Positions 1 through 39,510 are shown, counted from the stretch's first letter. The stretch is DNA of 64,000 nt from the human T2T-CHM13v2.0 reference genome, Homo sapiens (GCF_009914755.1 NC_060947.1), one strand, 5' to 3'. Made by a program: numbers and translations. Notes: a model not told the origin generated them from the sequence alone.

Positions 1-147
1 TAGTTGATAGCTATGGACAAATTATTTAACCTTTCTGAGCCTTGCATTTCCTCATCTACCAAATGGGGATAATAAAATTTGCCCTGCTCTTTTTACAGGG
101 TGGTTGTGAGGATTAAATAGGGTTACTAAAGAAAAAAATGAAAAGAA

Positions 148-10782
<10,635 letters not shown>

Positions 10783-12361
10783 AGTAGAGACGGGGTTTCA
10801 CCATGTTGGCCAGGATGGTCTCGATCTCTTGACCTCATGATCTGCCTGCCTCGGCCTCCCAAAGTACTGGGATTACAGGAGTGAGCCACTGTGCCCAGCC
10901 TGTATTTACATATTAATTTTAGCATTAGTTTGTTAATTTCTGCAAAGAAGAAAGCTGGGAATTTGGATTCCATTGCATATGTAGATCAATTTGGGGAGTA
11001 TTGCCATCTTAACAATATTTTATATTCTTTTTTTCTAGTTAGAAATCAACAAGAAGGATTTTATCTTATCTATAAACATGGGGTATCTTTCTGTTTACTT
11101 ATATCTTTTATGATTTTTTTAACAGTGTTTTGTAGTTTTCAGTTTGCCTATATCTCAGGCAACTGAGGTATTTGCCTTTCCTGTCACCAAGATAGTTACT
11201 GTCTCTGACAATACTCTGGGCTTAAGGCTTGTGTACTCTCATTTAAAAAATTCCTTTCCTAAAAGAAATGAACAACAAAAAAAATCCCTTTCCTATCTCA
11301 AGGTCAGCAAATCATTGCTTAGCTTTTATTCTGCCTTTTATCTTTTTTACATTCATCTTTATAATTAATCCATCTGGAATTTATGTGAGGCATGGCTCTA
11401 AATGGATGTTTTCTCCCCAAATACAAATCCAATTCTCTAAATAATTATTTAAAAAATGCATCTCTTCCTCATTGATTTGTGATGCTTTCTTTAGCGTATT
11501 TTAAGTTCTAACGTGTCAAGGATCTTATTCATTATTATCTGCTCTAAAACAATGAGCTGTCAATTTTTGTGATAATACTACATTATTTTGGTATGAGTTT
11601 ATAATACACTTCGGTACGTAATAGGTCCAAAACACCTCTTTTTTTTTTTTTCCAATAACAGTCTTGCTGCAGGACCAAGATATATCTTATTATTATTTTT
11701 GTTACATTTTCTAAGCTAATCTTGTTCATTTGCCTTTCCTGATGGACTTTAGAATTATTCTGTCAAGTGAATGAACACTAGTTCTTATGTATCTTTATTC
11801 TTCATGTATCGGGATGGCACATGGTTAATCCAAATATCTTGTTATAGCTGAGAGTGAATCCACTGCTTCTTAAACGATTTGCTTCTCAAGAGAGATTCCT
11901 CAACTTTACCCATAAACAAAGAGGAGAAACCTTGTCCAATTTCATGTTCCATCTCTGGAAAACTGTTGATATTTGAATGAATTTTTGCTAGAAATGATAA
12001 AGCCTTGATGCATGCCTCTCCCATTCAGCAGGGCTGCCCCTCACCTCCCCTCCAGAAGCCTGACTGAGTTCTTCAGTATCCCTCCCTCCTAAGTGATGAC
12101 TATTGTATGCGCAAAGGTTCTGCCCTCCTCAAACTGTATCAACCTTTCCTAGAAGACTCAATTTCTCTAGGACATCTAGGAATCTTTTACCTACAGTTTG
12201 TGTAAGAAATTGAGGAGTATAGGCTCCTAGCACTCAGTTAGGCTATAACTTCAATGTTCCTACCTGGTGTTTACTTGATATTGCTGGACAATGCAGTATT
12301 AAGGATAAGTTAATCTTCATTTAAAATTTAAATTTCCAACCAGACTTTATGCTAATTGTTA

Positions 12362-14879
<2,518 letters not shown>

Positions 14880-14927
14880 ATAAGCTATTTTTAATTGTTT
14901 TTATGTTCCTGGATCTAGTCCATGTAA

Positions 14928-15300
<373 letters not shown>

Positions 15301-15303
15301 TAA

Positions 15304-15529
<226 letters not shown>

Positions 15530-16079
15530 TAGCTGGGATTAGAGGCGTGTGCCACTACTGCTTGGCTAATTTTTGTATTTTTAGTAGAGACAGGGTTTCA
15601 CCATGTTGGCCAGGCTGGTCTTGAACTCCTTGACCTAAAATGATCCACCCTCCTCGGCCTCCCAAAGTGCTGGGATTACAGGTGTGAGCCATGGTGCTCG
15701 GCCTCATTATTCTTACTGGGAAAACTTTGTAAGTCACTAATCTTAATGTTAAGGTGGTTAGGAAATTAGTATATATTGGGGATCTAGTATGTGGTAGGGT
15801 CCCTGAATGTTATCTCCATGTTCAAACTGCTCTGAGACGTAAAATTATATCCATTTATGGTGAGGAAAGAGATGCTCAGAAAGGCTAAAGTGACAATATC
15901 CAAGCTGAAAAATGCCAGAACCAGCATTCAAACTAAGGTCTGCCCATTTTGAAAGCGAAGTGCTCAGCAGTTCTCTGGTGACTTGTAGGGCTTGACTTCC
16001 CCTTTGCACAAAAACTTACTTTTTTTTAATAATGAGAAAGTATAACAGAAACTAGAATATCACACATAATCATGGCGAT

Positions 16080-18500
<2,421 letters not shown>

Positions 18501-18628
18501 ATTTGCCCACTTTCTGGCTGGGCATGGTGGCTCATGTCTGTAATCCTAGCACTTTGGGAGGCCAAGATGGGAGGATTGCTTGAGCCCAGGAGTTCAAGAC
18601 TGGGCAACATAGTGAGAGCCTGTCTCTA

Positions 18629-19015
<387 letters not shown>

Positions 19016-19119
19016 TCACTTGAGCTCAGGATGTTGAGTCTGCAGTGAGCTGTGATTGTGCCACTGAACTCCAGCCTTGGTGACAGAGCAGGATCCTGTC
19101 TCCAAAAAAAGTAACTTGC

Positions 19120-22284
<3,165 letters not shown>

Positions 22285-22528
22285 GTTTTTTTTTGTTTTT
22301 GTTTTTTTGGTTTTTTTTTGTTGTGTTTTGAGACAGAGTCTCGCTCTGTCATCCAGGCTACAGTGCAGTGGCACAATCTCGACTTACTGCAACCTCCACC
22401 TCCGGGGTTCAAGTGATCCTCCCTCCTCCCAAGTAGCTGGGACCACAGGCGTGCACCACCATGCCCAGCTAATTTTTGTATTTTTAGTAGAGACAGGGTT
22501 TTGCCATGTTGGCCAGGCTGGTCTTTAA

Positions 22529-22809
<281 letters not shown>

Positions 22810-22812
22810 TAG

Positions 22813-22929
<117 letters not shown>

Positions 22930-23787
22930 TAAATTTTTAAAAGGCTAGTAAAAACGAAATACTGCTGGTAAACAAAGAACACTATATATAAAGTTTAAAC
23001 AAATTGTGACTGATACACATGCACAGACACATGCATGCACACTCAAATATAGAAAAGATATTTGCTACATGTGTGTCTGAGTGTACACACATACATATCT
23101 GACAAAGAACTTCTGTAATCAGCAAAATAAGACAAGTAACCTAATAAAAAATTTGCAAGACAAATAAAGAAGCACTTCAGAGAATGAGAAAACTCAAATG
23201 GCTAATAAGCATAAAAATAGAAGATCAACCTCCTCTGTAGTCAAATGCAAATTAAAATTAAAGATACTACTTGAAAACACTAGATTGGCAAAATTAAGAA
23301 GTTTTATGGTATTAGTACTGGCAATAATATGAGGAAATGAAACACGTATTGTTCACAGGAATATAAATTGGTGCAGCTATAATCTAGAGCAATTTGGCAG
23401 TATTTAGTGAAAAAGCTACATGCGTATTTTACAGGATCGAGAAATTCTACTTCTCAGTATATGCTTTAAACTGACTCAGGAACACAAAGAGACACAGACA
23501 TCTATGAAGAAATCCCCTGCAGCACTATTTGTAATACTAAAGAACTGGAAACAATTATCTATCAATCAGTATTAGTATTTGATAGAACATAACCCAACAG
23601 TGAAGAGGAACGATTGATATATGAACATGGACAGACCTCAAAAATAATATTGAGTGAAAAAAAGAAACAGGCCGGGCGGGGTGGCTCATGCCTGTAATCC
23701 CAGAACTTTGGGAGGCCAAGGTGGGCAGATCACCTGAGGTCAGTTCGAGATCAGCCTGGCCAACATGGTGAAACCCCATCTCTACTA

Positions 23788-23946
<159 letters not shown>

Positions 23947-24411
23947 TCAATAAAAAAGGGAAAAAAAAGAAACAATGAGATGTACAGCACAATACCATTC
24001 ATGCCATAAAAGGAAAAATGTTTACCCATAGAAAATACTATAGGCTGTGCATGAATACATGGATGTCTAAACAAATATATGAAAGATGGCTTGGAAGGAC
24101 ACACATCAAATACCCAAGAGTAGATGACTATGGGTGAATAAAAGAAGGAAATTGGATCAGGGACGAGGACTGAACAAGACAAAAACTAAACTAAAACCAA
24201 ATATAAAAGAGGAGTCATGCATGGACCGATATGACCAAGGATCATAAACTGAGGAGGCTGTCTGAACAATCATTTTCGGTGTTTCTGGCGCATAAGCCAA
24301 ACATAAAATAAAAATTTCCCCACCTTGAAATACCATAAAAGCAGGTGCTTAAAGGAAATATAAAAAAAGTAAAAGAGAAAGAACAGGCCACCTGCCTGTC
24401 AGGTAGCTTAC

Positions 24412-24661
24412 CGGAGTACACAACACATGAGCAGCAGATGGGTGGGGACATTAGCTGGATTGAGCATACTGGGCGTGTCCGACTTCATACAGGCCAGGAA
24501 GGCCCGCATCCTTCTGTTCTTGTCTTCAACTGCTTTGCCTAGCCAGAGCTTCTTGAGGTTTGGGCAAGTCCATTCCCGAAATGTCAGTGCAGACACCAGC
24601 TCAGGGGTTTGAGGTGACTTCCCTTTATAGGCAGACCACTCTTTAAGGATCACTGAAGGAA
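24412..24661 (-). CDS. FAM120C: FAM120C coding exon (probably exon 10), 250 nt, (V)PSVILKEWSAYKGK...AVEDKNRRMRAFLACMKSDTPSMLNPANVPTHLLLMCCVL(R)
   Basis: ttttccag| acceptor, |gtaagc donor; overlaps ORF 24408-24653; paralogous to FAM120A ...MRSDTPAMLNPANVPTHLMVLCCVLR. No next exon recognised in 1-24400, so it likely lies left of the window. Confidence 0.95.
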
Positions 24662-24891
24662 CTGGAAAACAGAAATTGAGGAAAAAGAGGCTCTAGAGAA
24701 TCTCTCAGCATTTCTACGGCTAGCCACAGGACATTGACAGGCTCCATTGCATTTCAACTCTTAATTTTCTGTCACAATAATTTTTATTTTTAGCAGCAGG
24801 AATAGTACACGTTTATTAAGTGCTTGATATGCAAGTACTTTATATATATCATCTCATTAATCCTCACAAAAATCCTGAGAGGGAACTATTA

Positions 24892-25324
<433 letters not shown>

Positions 25325-25327
25325 TCA

Positions 25328-26159
<832 letters not shown>

Positions 26160-26822
26160 TTAAGATCCATCCATGTTGCTGCATGTATCGATAGTACATT
26201 CTTTTTTTTGCTGAGTAATATTCCATGGCAAGAATGCACCACAGTTTAATCATTCACCCATTGAAGCATATCTGGGTTGCTTCCAGTTTGGGGTCATAAT
26301 GCTGTCTTGTGAATATGTTCCTGCATGAAAATAAGTCTTTATTTCTCTAATATAAATGCCCAAGAGTGTAAGTGCTGGGTTGTATAAGTCTATTTTTAGT
26401 TTTGAAAGAAACTGACAAAGTATTTTCCAGAATGGCAGTATCATTTTACATTCCCACCAGCATTTACGGGTGATCCAGCTTCTCTGCATCCTCTCCGGGA
26501 TATGGTATTATCACTATTATTCACCATTGCCATTTTGGTAAGTATGTAGTGATATTTCATTGTGGTTTTAATTTGTATTTTTCTTTTTTTCTTTTTTTTT
26601 TTTTTTTTTTTTTTTTAATTATACTCTAAGTTTTAGGGTACATGTGCATATTGTGCAGGTTAGTTACATATGTATACATGTGCCATGCTGGTGCGCTGCA
26701 CCCACTAATGTGTCATCTAGCATTAGGTATATCTCCCAATGCTATCCCTCCCCCCTCCCCCGACCCCACCACAGTCCCCAGAGTGTGATATTCCCCTTCC
26801 TGTGTCCATGTGATCTCATTGT

Positions 26823-30665
<3,843 letters not shown>

Positions 30666-30713
30666 TTATTTTGCTCGTTAGTTGATGCAGTTTCTTCCTA
30701 GTCTCGATGGTCT

Positions 30714-31730
30714 TTACATTTTGGCATGATTTTGCAGCGGCTGGTACCGGTCGTTCCTTTCCATGTTTAGCGCTTCCTTCAGGAGCTCTTTTAGGGCAGG
30801 CCTGGTGGTGACAAAATCTCTCAGCATTTGCTTGTCTATAAAGTATTTTATTTCTCCTTCACTTATGAAGCTTAGTTTGGCTGGATATGAGATTCTGGGT
30901 TGAAAATTCTTTTCTTTAAGAATGTTGAATATTGGCCCCCACTCTCTTCTGGCTTGTAGGGTTTCTGCCGAGAGATCCGCTGTTAGTCTGATGGGCTTTC
31001 CTTTGAGGGTAACCCGACCTTTCTCTCTGGCTGCCCTTAACATTTTTTCCTTCATTTCAACTTTGGTGAATCTGACAATTATGTGTCTTGGAGTTGCTCT
31101 TCTCGAGGAGTATCTTTGTGGCGTTCTCTGTATTTCCTGAATCTGAACGTTGGCCTGCCTTGCTAGATTGGGGAAGTTCTCCTGGATAATATCCTGCAGA
31201 GTGTTTTCCAACTTGGTTCCATTCTCCACATCACTTTCAGGTACACCAATCAGACGTAGATTTGGTCTTTTCACATAGTCCCATATTTCTTGGAGGCTTT
31301 GCTCATTTCTTTTTATTCTTTTTTCTCTAAACTTCCCTTCTTGCTTCATTTCATTCATTTCATCTTCCATTGCTGATACCCTTTCTTCCACTTGATCGCA
31401 TCGGCTCCTGAGGCTTCTGCATTCTTCACGTAGTTCTCGAGCCTTGGTTTTCAGCTCCATCAGCTCCTTTAAGCACTTCTCTGTATTGGTTATTCTAGTT
31501 ATACATTCTTCTAAATTTTTTTCAAAGTTTTCAACTTCTTTGCCTTTGGTTTGAATGTCCTCCCGTAGCTCAGAGTAATTTGATCGTCTGAAGCCTTCTT
31601 CTCTCAGCTCGTCAAAATCATTCTCCATCCAGCTTTGTTCCATTGCTGGTGAGGAACTGCGTTCCTTTGGAGGAGGAGAGGCGCTCTGCGTTTTAGAGTT
31701 TCCAGTTTTTCTGTTCTGTTTTTTCCCCAT
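30714..31730 (-). CDS. L1 ORF1p, 338 aa, uninterrupted
   Basis: ORF track, MGKKQNRKTG...QNHAKM; 63-nt spacer to ORF2. Confidence 0.98.
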   Translation of the reverse strand: MGKKQNRKTGNSKTQSASPPPKERSSSPAMEQSWMENDFDELREEGFRRSNYSELREDIQTKGKEVENFEKNLEECITRITNTEKCLKELMELKTKARELREECRSLRSRCDQVEERVSAMEDEMNEMKQEGKFREKRIKRNEQSLQEIWDYVKRPNLRLIGVPESDVENGTKLENTLQDIIQENFPNLARQANVQIQEIQRTPQRYSSRRATPRHIIVRFTKVEMKEKMLRAAREKGRVTLKGKPIRLTADLSAETLQARREWGPIFNILKEKNFQPRISYPAKLSFISEGEIKYFIDKQMLRDFVTTRPALKELLKEALNMERNDRYQPLQNHAKM

Positions 31731-32635
31731 CTTTGTGGTTTTATCTACTTTTGGTCTTTGATGATGGTGATGAACAGATGGGTTTTCGGTGTAGATGTCC
31801 TTTCTGTTTGTTAGTTTTCCTTCTAACAGACAGGACCCTCAGCTGCAGGTCTGTTGGAATACCCTGCCATGTGAGGTGTCAGTGTGCCCCTGCTGGGGGG
31901 TGCCTCCCAGTTAGGCTGCTCGGGGGTCAGGGGTCAGGGACCCACTTGAGGAGGCAGTCTGCCCGTTCTCAGATCTCCAGCTGCGTGCTGGGAGAACCAC
32001 TGCTCTCTTCAAAGCTGTCAGACAGGGACACTTAAGTCTGCAGAGGTTACTGCTGTCTTTTTGTTTGTCTGTGCCCTGCCCCCAGAGGTGGAGCCTACAG
32101 AGGCAGGCAGGCCTCCTTGAGCTGTGGTGGGCTCCACCCAGTTCGAGCTTCCCAGCTGCTTTGTTTACCTAAGCAAGCCTGGGCAATGGCGGGCGCCCCT
32201 CCCCCAGCCTCGTTGCCGCCTTGCAGTTTGATCTCAGACTGCTGTGCTAGCAATCAGCGAGATTCCGTGGGCGTAGGACCCTCTGAGCCAGGTGTGGGAT
32301 ATAGTCTCGTGGTGCGCCGTTTCTTAAGCCGGTCTGAAAAGCGCAATATTCGGGTGGGAGTGACCCGATTTTCCAGGTGCGTCCGTCACCCCTTTCTTTG
32401 ACTCGGAAAGGGAACTCCCTGACCCCTTGAGCTTCCCAGGTGAGGCAATGCCTCGCCCTGCTTCGGCTCGCGCACGGTGCGCACACACACTGGCCTGTGC
32501 CCACTGTCTGGCACTCCCTAGTGAGATGAACCCGGTACCTCAGATGGAAATGCAGAAATCACCCGTCTTCTGCGTCGCTCACGCTGGGAGCTGTAGACCG
32601 GAGCTGTTCCTATTCGGCCATCTTGGCTCCTCCCC
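31731..32635 (-). promoter_or_regulatory. L1HS 5'UTR CpG-rich internal sense/antisense promoter with intact YY1 site (AAGATGGCC, 32616-32624)
   Basis: CpG-dense ~900 nt upstream of ORF1; YY1 motif read directly. Confidence 0.9.
32186..32401 (+). CDS. L1 antisense ORF0, 71 aa, intact
   Basis: ATG at 32186; MAGAPPPASLPPCSLISDCC...RCVRHPFL*, antisense within the L1 5'UTR. Confidence 0.88.
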   Translation: MAGAPPPASLPPCSLISDCCASNQRDSVGVGPSEPGVGYSLVVRRFLSRSEKRNIRVGVTRFSRCVRHPFL

Positions 32636-32951
32636 ACCGACCTAGAAGCTAATTTGTATTTTTCTAATGGCTACTGATGTTGAACATCTTTTCATGTCTT
32701 TATTTGCCATATGTATATCTTCTTCAGTGAAATGTCTGTGCATGTCTTTTGCCAATTTTCTAATTCAATTGTTTTTGTTATGTTCAGTTTTGAGAGTTCT
32801 TTATATATTTTAGATACTAGTATAGATATGTGGTACTTGTTCAACTATGGATGTCCAGTTGATCTAACACCATTTATATAAAAGAAACAAAAAACAACAA
32901 AAAAACTATCCTTCCTCCAATGAAGTGCTTTTGCAGCTTTGTCAATAATCA

Positions 32952-33125
<174 letters not shown>

Positions 33126-34210
33126 TCATATGGGACTATTTCTGGATGCCCTGTTGTATTCCATTGATCTACATGTCAATACCTCTGCCTAGTCTTTTTT
33201 TTCTTTTAAGACAGGGTCTCGCTCTGACACCCAGACTACAGTGCAGTGGAGTGATCTCAGCTCACTGCAACTTCTACCCACTGGGCTCAAGTGATCCTCT
33301 CACCTCAGCCTCCTGAGGAGCTGGGACCACAGGTAATACACTACCACAACTGGCTATATATATTTTTTGTATTTTTAGCAGAGATGGGGTCTCTCCATGT
33401 TGCCCAGGCTGGTCTCAAATTCCAGAGCTCAAGGGATCCACCCACCTTGGCTTCCCAAAGTGCTGGGATTACAAGCGTGAGCGGCCATGCCTGGCCTACA
33501 ATCTTAATTACTGTAGCTACCTAGTAAGTCTTACAATCAGGTTCAGCAATTGCTTTCAACTTATTCTTCCTTTTCAAAAATCATTTTAGCTAGTTTAATT
33601 CCTTTGTCTTTCCATATAAACATTAGAATCATCTTGTCTATATTTACAAAGAATCTTGCTGGGATTTGGATAGGAATTGCATCACACCTGTGTTATCAAT
33701 TTGGGGAGAACTGACATCTTTACTATGTTGAGTTTTCTAATCCATGAACATCTGTATCTCTCCATTTATTAAGATCTTTGATTTCATCAGCATTTTGTGA
33801 CTTTCAGCATACAGATTTTCAACACCTTTTGTTAAATTTTTATTTCATTTTCTTTGGAAGGACTGTAAATGGTCTTGCACTTTTTTCAGTTCCACATATT
33901 CATTGTTAGTATATAGAAAGGTAATCAATTTTTATATATTTATCTTGTATCCTGCAACCTTAACAAACTCACTTATTAGTTCCAGGAGTTTTGTTGTAGA
34001 TTCCTTGTGATTTTTCTACACAGACTGACTATATGCCATCTGCAATTACAGTTTTATTTCTTCCTTACTGATGTCTATGCCTTCTATTTCATTTTCTTGC
34101 CTTACTGGTCTGGCTAAAACTTCCATTAGTATGTTGAAGAGCAGTAGAAAGAGCAGACATTCTAGCCTTCTTCCTGATTTTAGGAGAAAAACATCTTTCA
34201 CCATTAAGTA

Positions 34211-34450
34211 CAGTTGATCCTTGAACACAAGTTTGAGCTACACGGGTCCACTTATGCACAAATTTTTTTCAACCAAACACTGATAGAAAACACAGAATTC
34301 ACATGATGCCAAACCCACGTATATAGAGGGCCAATTTTTCATATACACAGGTTCTGCAGGGCCTACCTACTGTGGGACTTGATTATGAGTGAATTTTAGT
34401 GTATGTGGGGGTCCTGGAACCAATCCCCCACATATGGCAAGGAATGACTG
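34211..34450. mobile_element. MER8-like Tigger MITE
   Basis: CAGTTGATCCTTG...CAAGGAATGACTG terminal inverted repeats with TA flanks. Confidence 0.75.
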
Positions 34451-34768
34451 TATGTTAGCTGTAGGTTCTTTGTAGATGTTCTTTATCTTCAGGAAGTTCC
34501 CTTCTATTCTTAGTTTCCTGATAGTTCTTATCATGAATGAGTATTGAATTTTGTCAAATGCTTTTTCTGCATCCATTGATATAATCACATGATTTTTCTT
34601 CTTTAGCCTGTTTATTTGGTGGATTATATTTACAGATTTTTCAAATATTGAACAAGTCTTACAACAATGGAATAAACCCTACTCGGCCTTGGCCATGGCA
34701 TGTAATTCTTTTTATATATTGCTGAATTCCCCTGGCTGATATTTCATTAAGAATTTTTGCATCCATAT

Positions 34769-35130
34769 TGTCTTAGTCAATTTGGGCTGCTATAACAAAG
34801 TACCATAGACTGGGAGGCTTATAATCAACAGAAATTGATTTCTTACAGTTGTGGAGGCTCGGAAGTCTAAGATCAAGGTATTGGTAGAGGCATCTGGTGG
34901 GAACCTGCTTCCTGGTATGCAGATGGCTGTCTTCTCATTGTATCCTCATATAGTGGAGAGTAGAAAGAGCTATCTGGGGTTCCTTTTATAAGGGCACTAA
35001 TCTCATTCATGAAGGTTCCATGCTCATGACCTAATTATCTCCCAAAGGCCCCATCTCTTAATACCATCACATTGGGGGTTAGGATTTCAACATAAGAATT
35101 GCGGGGGACAGGAACACTCAATCCATAACA
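34769..35130 (-). mobile_element. MLT1A-like solo LTR
   Basis: TG...CA termini, near-identical 5-bp flanks (CATAT/TATAT), MLT1A-like body. Confidence 0.75.
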
Positions 35131-35294
35131 TATATTGATGAAGGATACTGGTCTGAAGTGTTGTTTTTATGTAATCCCTTTTCTTTTTAAGAGATGAGAT
35201 GGCCGGGTGCAGTGGCTCACACCTGTAATCCCAGCACTTTGGGAGGCCGAGGCGGGCGGATCACGAGGTCAGGAGATCGAGACCATCCTGGCTA

Positions 35295-35513
<219 letters not shown>

Positions 35514-36372
35514 TTACCCAGGCTGGAGTGCAATGGAGTGGAGTGATCACAGCCCACTGCAGCCTCAAACTCCTGGATACAAGCAATCCTCTGGCCTCAG
35601 CCTGCGGAGTAGCTGGGACTACAGGTATGCACCATGCTCAGCTATATTAAAAAAAATTTTTTTTTGTAGTGATGGGGTCTCACTATGTTGCCCAGGCTGG
35701 TCTCAAACTCCTGGCCTCAATCATCTTCCCACTTGGGCCTCCCTAGGTATTGAGATTACAGACGTGAGCCACCATGCCTGGCCCAGGTATCTTTTTTGAT
35801 ATAATGATTTCTTTCCCTTTGAATGTATGCCCAGTAGTGGGATGGCTAGATTGAATGGTAGTTCGTTTTTTAGTTGAGAAATCTCTGTATTATTTTCTAT
35901 AAAGGTTGTACTCATTTACATTCCTACCAACAGTATATAAGCATCCCCTTTTCTCTGCATCCTTGCCAACATCTGTTGGTTTTAGACTTGGTTCACGGCA
36001 TCCTCCACCACCCAGATTCATGCAATTCTTGTGCCTCAGCCCCGCTTCCCTTCTCACCACCCTCCCACCCCCTCAAGAAGCTGGGATTACAAGTGTGTGC
36101 CACCATGCCCAGCTAATTTATTGTGTTTTTAGTAGAGACGGGTTTCGTCATGTTGGCCAGGCTGGTTTCAAACTCCTGGTCTCATGTGATCTGCCCGCCT
36201 CAGCCTCCCAAAGTGCTGGGATTACAGGCGTGAGCCACTGCACCCAGCTCACTGTGGTTTTAATATGCATTTCTCTGATAGCTAGTGATGCTGAGTATTT
36301 TTTCATATATTTGTCGGTCACTTGTACGTATTCTTTTGTAAAATGTCTTTTCTTGTCCTTTGCCTACTTTTT

Positions 36373-38056
36373 TTTTTTTTTAATTGATCATTCTTGGGTG
36401 TTTCTCGCAGAGGGGGATTTGGCAGGGTCATAGGACAATAGTGGAGGGAAGGTCAGCAGATAAACAAGTGAACAAAGGTCTCTGGTTTTCCTAGGCAAAG
36501 GACCCTGCGGCCTTCCGCAGTGTTTGTGTCCCTGGGTACTTGAGATTAGGGAGTGGTGATGACTCTTAACGAGCATGCTGCCTTCAAGCATCTGTTTAAC
36601 AAAAACATCTTGCACCGCCCTTAATCCATTTAACCCTGAGTGGACACAGCACATGTTTCAGAGAGCACAGGGTTGGGGGTAAGGTCACAGATCAACAGGA
36701 TCCCAAGGCAGAAGGATTTTTCTTAGTACAGAACAAAATGAAAAGTCTCCCATGTCTACTTCTTTCTACACAGACACAGCAACCATCCGATTTCTCAATC
36801 TTTTCCCCACCTTTCCCCCTTTTCTATTCCACAAAACCGCCATTGTCATCATGGCCCGTTCTCAATGAGCTGTTGGGTACACCTCCCAGACGGGGTGGTG
36901 GCCGGGCAGAGGGGCTCCTCACTTCCCAGTAGGGGCGGCCGGGCAGAGGCGCCCCCAACCTCCCGGACGGGGCGGCCGGCCGGGCAGGGGGCTGACCCCC
37001 CACCTCCCTCCCAGACGGGGCGGCCGGCCGGGGCGGCTGGCCTGGCGGGGGCTGACCCCCGCCTCCCTCCCGGACGGGGTGGCTGCCGGGTGGAGACGCT
37101 CCTCACTTCCCAGACGGGGTGGCTGCCGGGCGGAGGGGCTCCTCACTTCTCAGACGGGGCGGCTGCCGGGCGGAGGGTCTCCTCACTTCTCAGACGGGCG
37201 GCCGGGCAGAGACGCTCCTCACCTCCCAGACGGGGTCGCAGCCGGGCAGAGGCGCTCCTCACATCCCAGACGGGGCGGCGGGGCAGAGGCCCTCCCCACA
37301 TCTCAGATGATGGGCGGCCGGGCAGAGAAGCTCCTCACTTCCTAGATGGGATGGTGGCCGGGAAGAGGCGCTCCTCACTTCCTAGATGGGATGGAGGCCG
37401 GGCAGAGACGCTCCTCACTTTCCAGACTGGGCAGCCAGGCAGAGGGGCTCCTCACATCCCAGACGATGGGCGGCCAGGCAGAGACGCTCCTCACTTCCCA
37501 GACAGGGTGGTGGCCAGGCAGAGGCTGCAATCTCGGCACTTTGGGAGGCCAAGGCAGGCGGCTGGGAGGTGGAGGTTGTAGCGAGCCAAGATCACGCCAC
37601 TGCACTCCAGCCTGGGCACCATTGAGCACTGAGTGAACGAGACTCCGTCTGCAATCCCGGCTCCTCGGGAGGCCGAGGCTGGCGGATCACTTGCGGTTAG
37701 GAGCTGGAGACCAGCCCGGCCAACACAGCGAAACCCGGTCTCCACCAAAAAAATATGAAAACCAGTCAGGCGTGGCGGCGCGCGCCTGCAATCGCAGGCA
37801 CTCGGCAGGCTGAGGCAGGAGAATCAGGCAGGGAGGTTGCAGTGAGCCGAGATGGCAACAGTACAGTCCAGCTTCGGCTCGGCATCAGAGGGAGACCGTG
37901 GAAAGAGAGGGAGAGGGAGACCCTGGGGAGAGGGAGAGGGAGAGGGAGAGGGACACCGTGGGGAGAGGGAGAGGGAGAGGGAGACCGTGGGGAGAGGGAG
38001 AGGGAGAGGGAGAGGGAGACCGTGGGGAGAGGGAGAGGGAGAGGGAGAGGGAGAGC
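36373..38056 (-). mobile_element. Full-length SVA (probably SVA_D): CCCTCT hexamers, Alu-like domain, GC-rich VNTR, SINE-R, poly(A)
   Basis: (AGGGAG)n at ~37900-38055; Alu-like ~37520-37880; VNTR ~36880-37520; SINE-R ~36385-36880; 12-bp TSD TGCCTACTTTTT at 36361-36372 and 38057-38068; TTTT/AA site. Confidence 0.96.
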
Positions 38057-39055
38057 TGCCTACTTTTTAATGGGGTTATTTGCTTTTTTCTTGTTGAGTT
38101 CCTTGTAGATTCTGAATATTACCCCTTTGTCCAACGCATAGTTTGCAAATATTTTTCCCATTCTGTAGGCTATTTACTCTGTTGATTGTTTCTTTTGCTA
38201 TGCAAAAGTCAAATATGTTTATAACTGTTTATCAAAGCATTTTTATGGTGGCTGTTGTGAAATCCTTGTCAGATAATTCAAACTTCTGTCATCTCTGTGT
38301 TCGTTTTGTTTTCTTGAGGTCTGAATTTGTTATCTTTCTGGTTCTAGGTATGATGAGGAATTTTCCATTGAAAACTGGACATTTTGGGTATTATTTTAAA
38401 ATACTCTGGATCTTACTTAAACCTTGTGTATTAGTAGGCCTTTTCTGACCCCACTATGGTGGGTGAAGGGGGACACTGTGTCATTATTGACAGGTGGAAG
38501 TGGAAGTCCTGGCTCCCCACTTGACCTTATCTGACACCTCCCCAGCAGGAGCAGGTAGGGGCACCTCATTACAGCCTGGGCAAGTATGGAAGTCTAGGTT
38601 CTTCATTTGGCCTTTGCTGGTAGGGGTGGGGGTAGACCATTGTTTTCCTGTGGTATTTGGCTGGAGTACAGAGATTATTATTTAAAAATCTTTGTGTTGT
38701 TAGGTTGTTCTTTTCTGGTCCTTTGGCCAGAGAAAGTAGGTTTTGTGGTGGGCTTATAATGGTCTGCAGCTGTTGACATTTATGGGCTGCCAGTTTGTCC
38801 TACACCCAGTCTGGGATATGTGAGGCAAAAAGAAAATTCAGGGAACTCACCACTGCACCACTGCGTCATTCCTTGGGCCCCAAGATTTCTACTTTCTAGA
38901 GTGTCTTGTCCTTGTTTTATGGATAATGTCCTGGGCTTTTAGTTGTACTTAGCATGAGGACTAAGGAAAAATACATCTGATCTACTCTATCTTCCCAGAA
39001 ACAGAGAAATGTTCTTTTGAACACACTAATTTGACTATGGCACTGTGTAGCTTAA

Positions 39056-39510
<455 letters not shown>

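Noticed and set aside
36880-37520. Regularly spaced CTCCTCACTTCCCAGACGGGG repeats resembling a CRISPR array
   Set aside because: Standard SVA VNTR; intervening sequences are related to each other rather than unique, and the context is primate
36388-38185. Long Arg/Gly/Pro-rich ORFs (up to 238 aa)
   Set aside because: Stop-poor SVA VNTR and hexamer sequence
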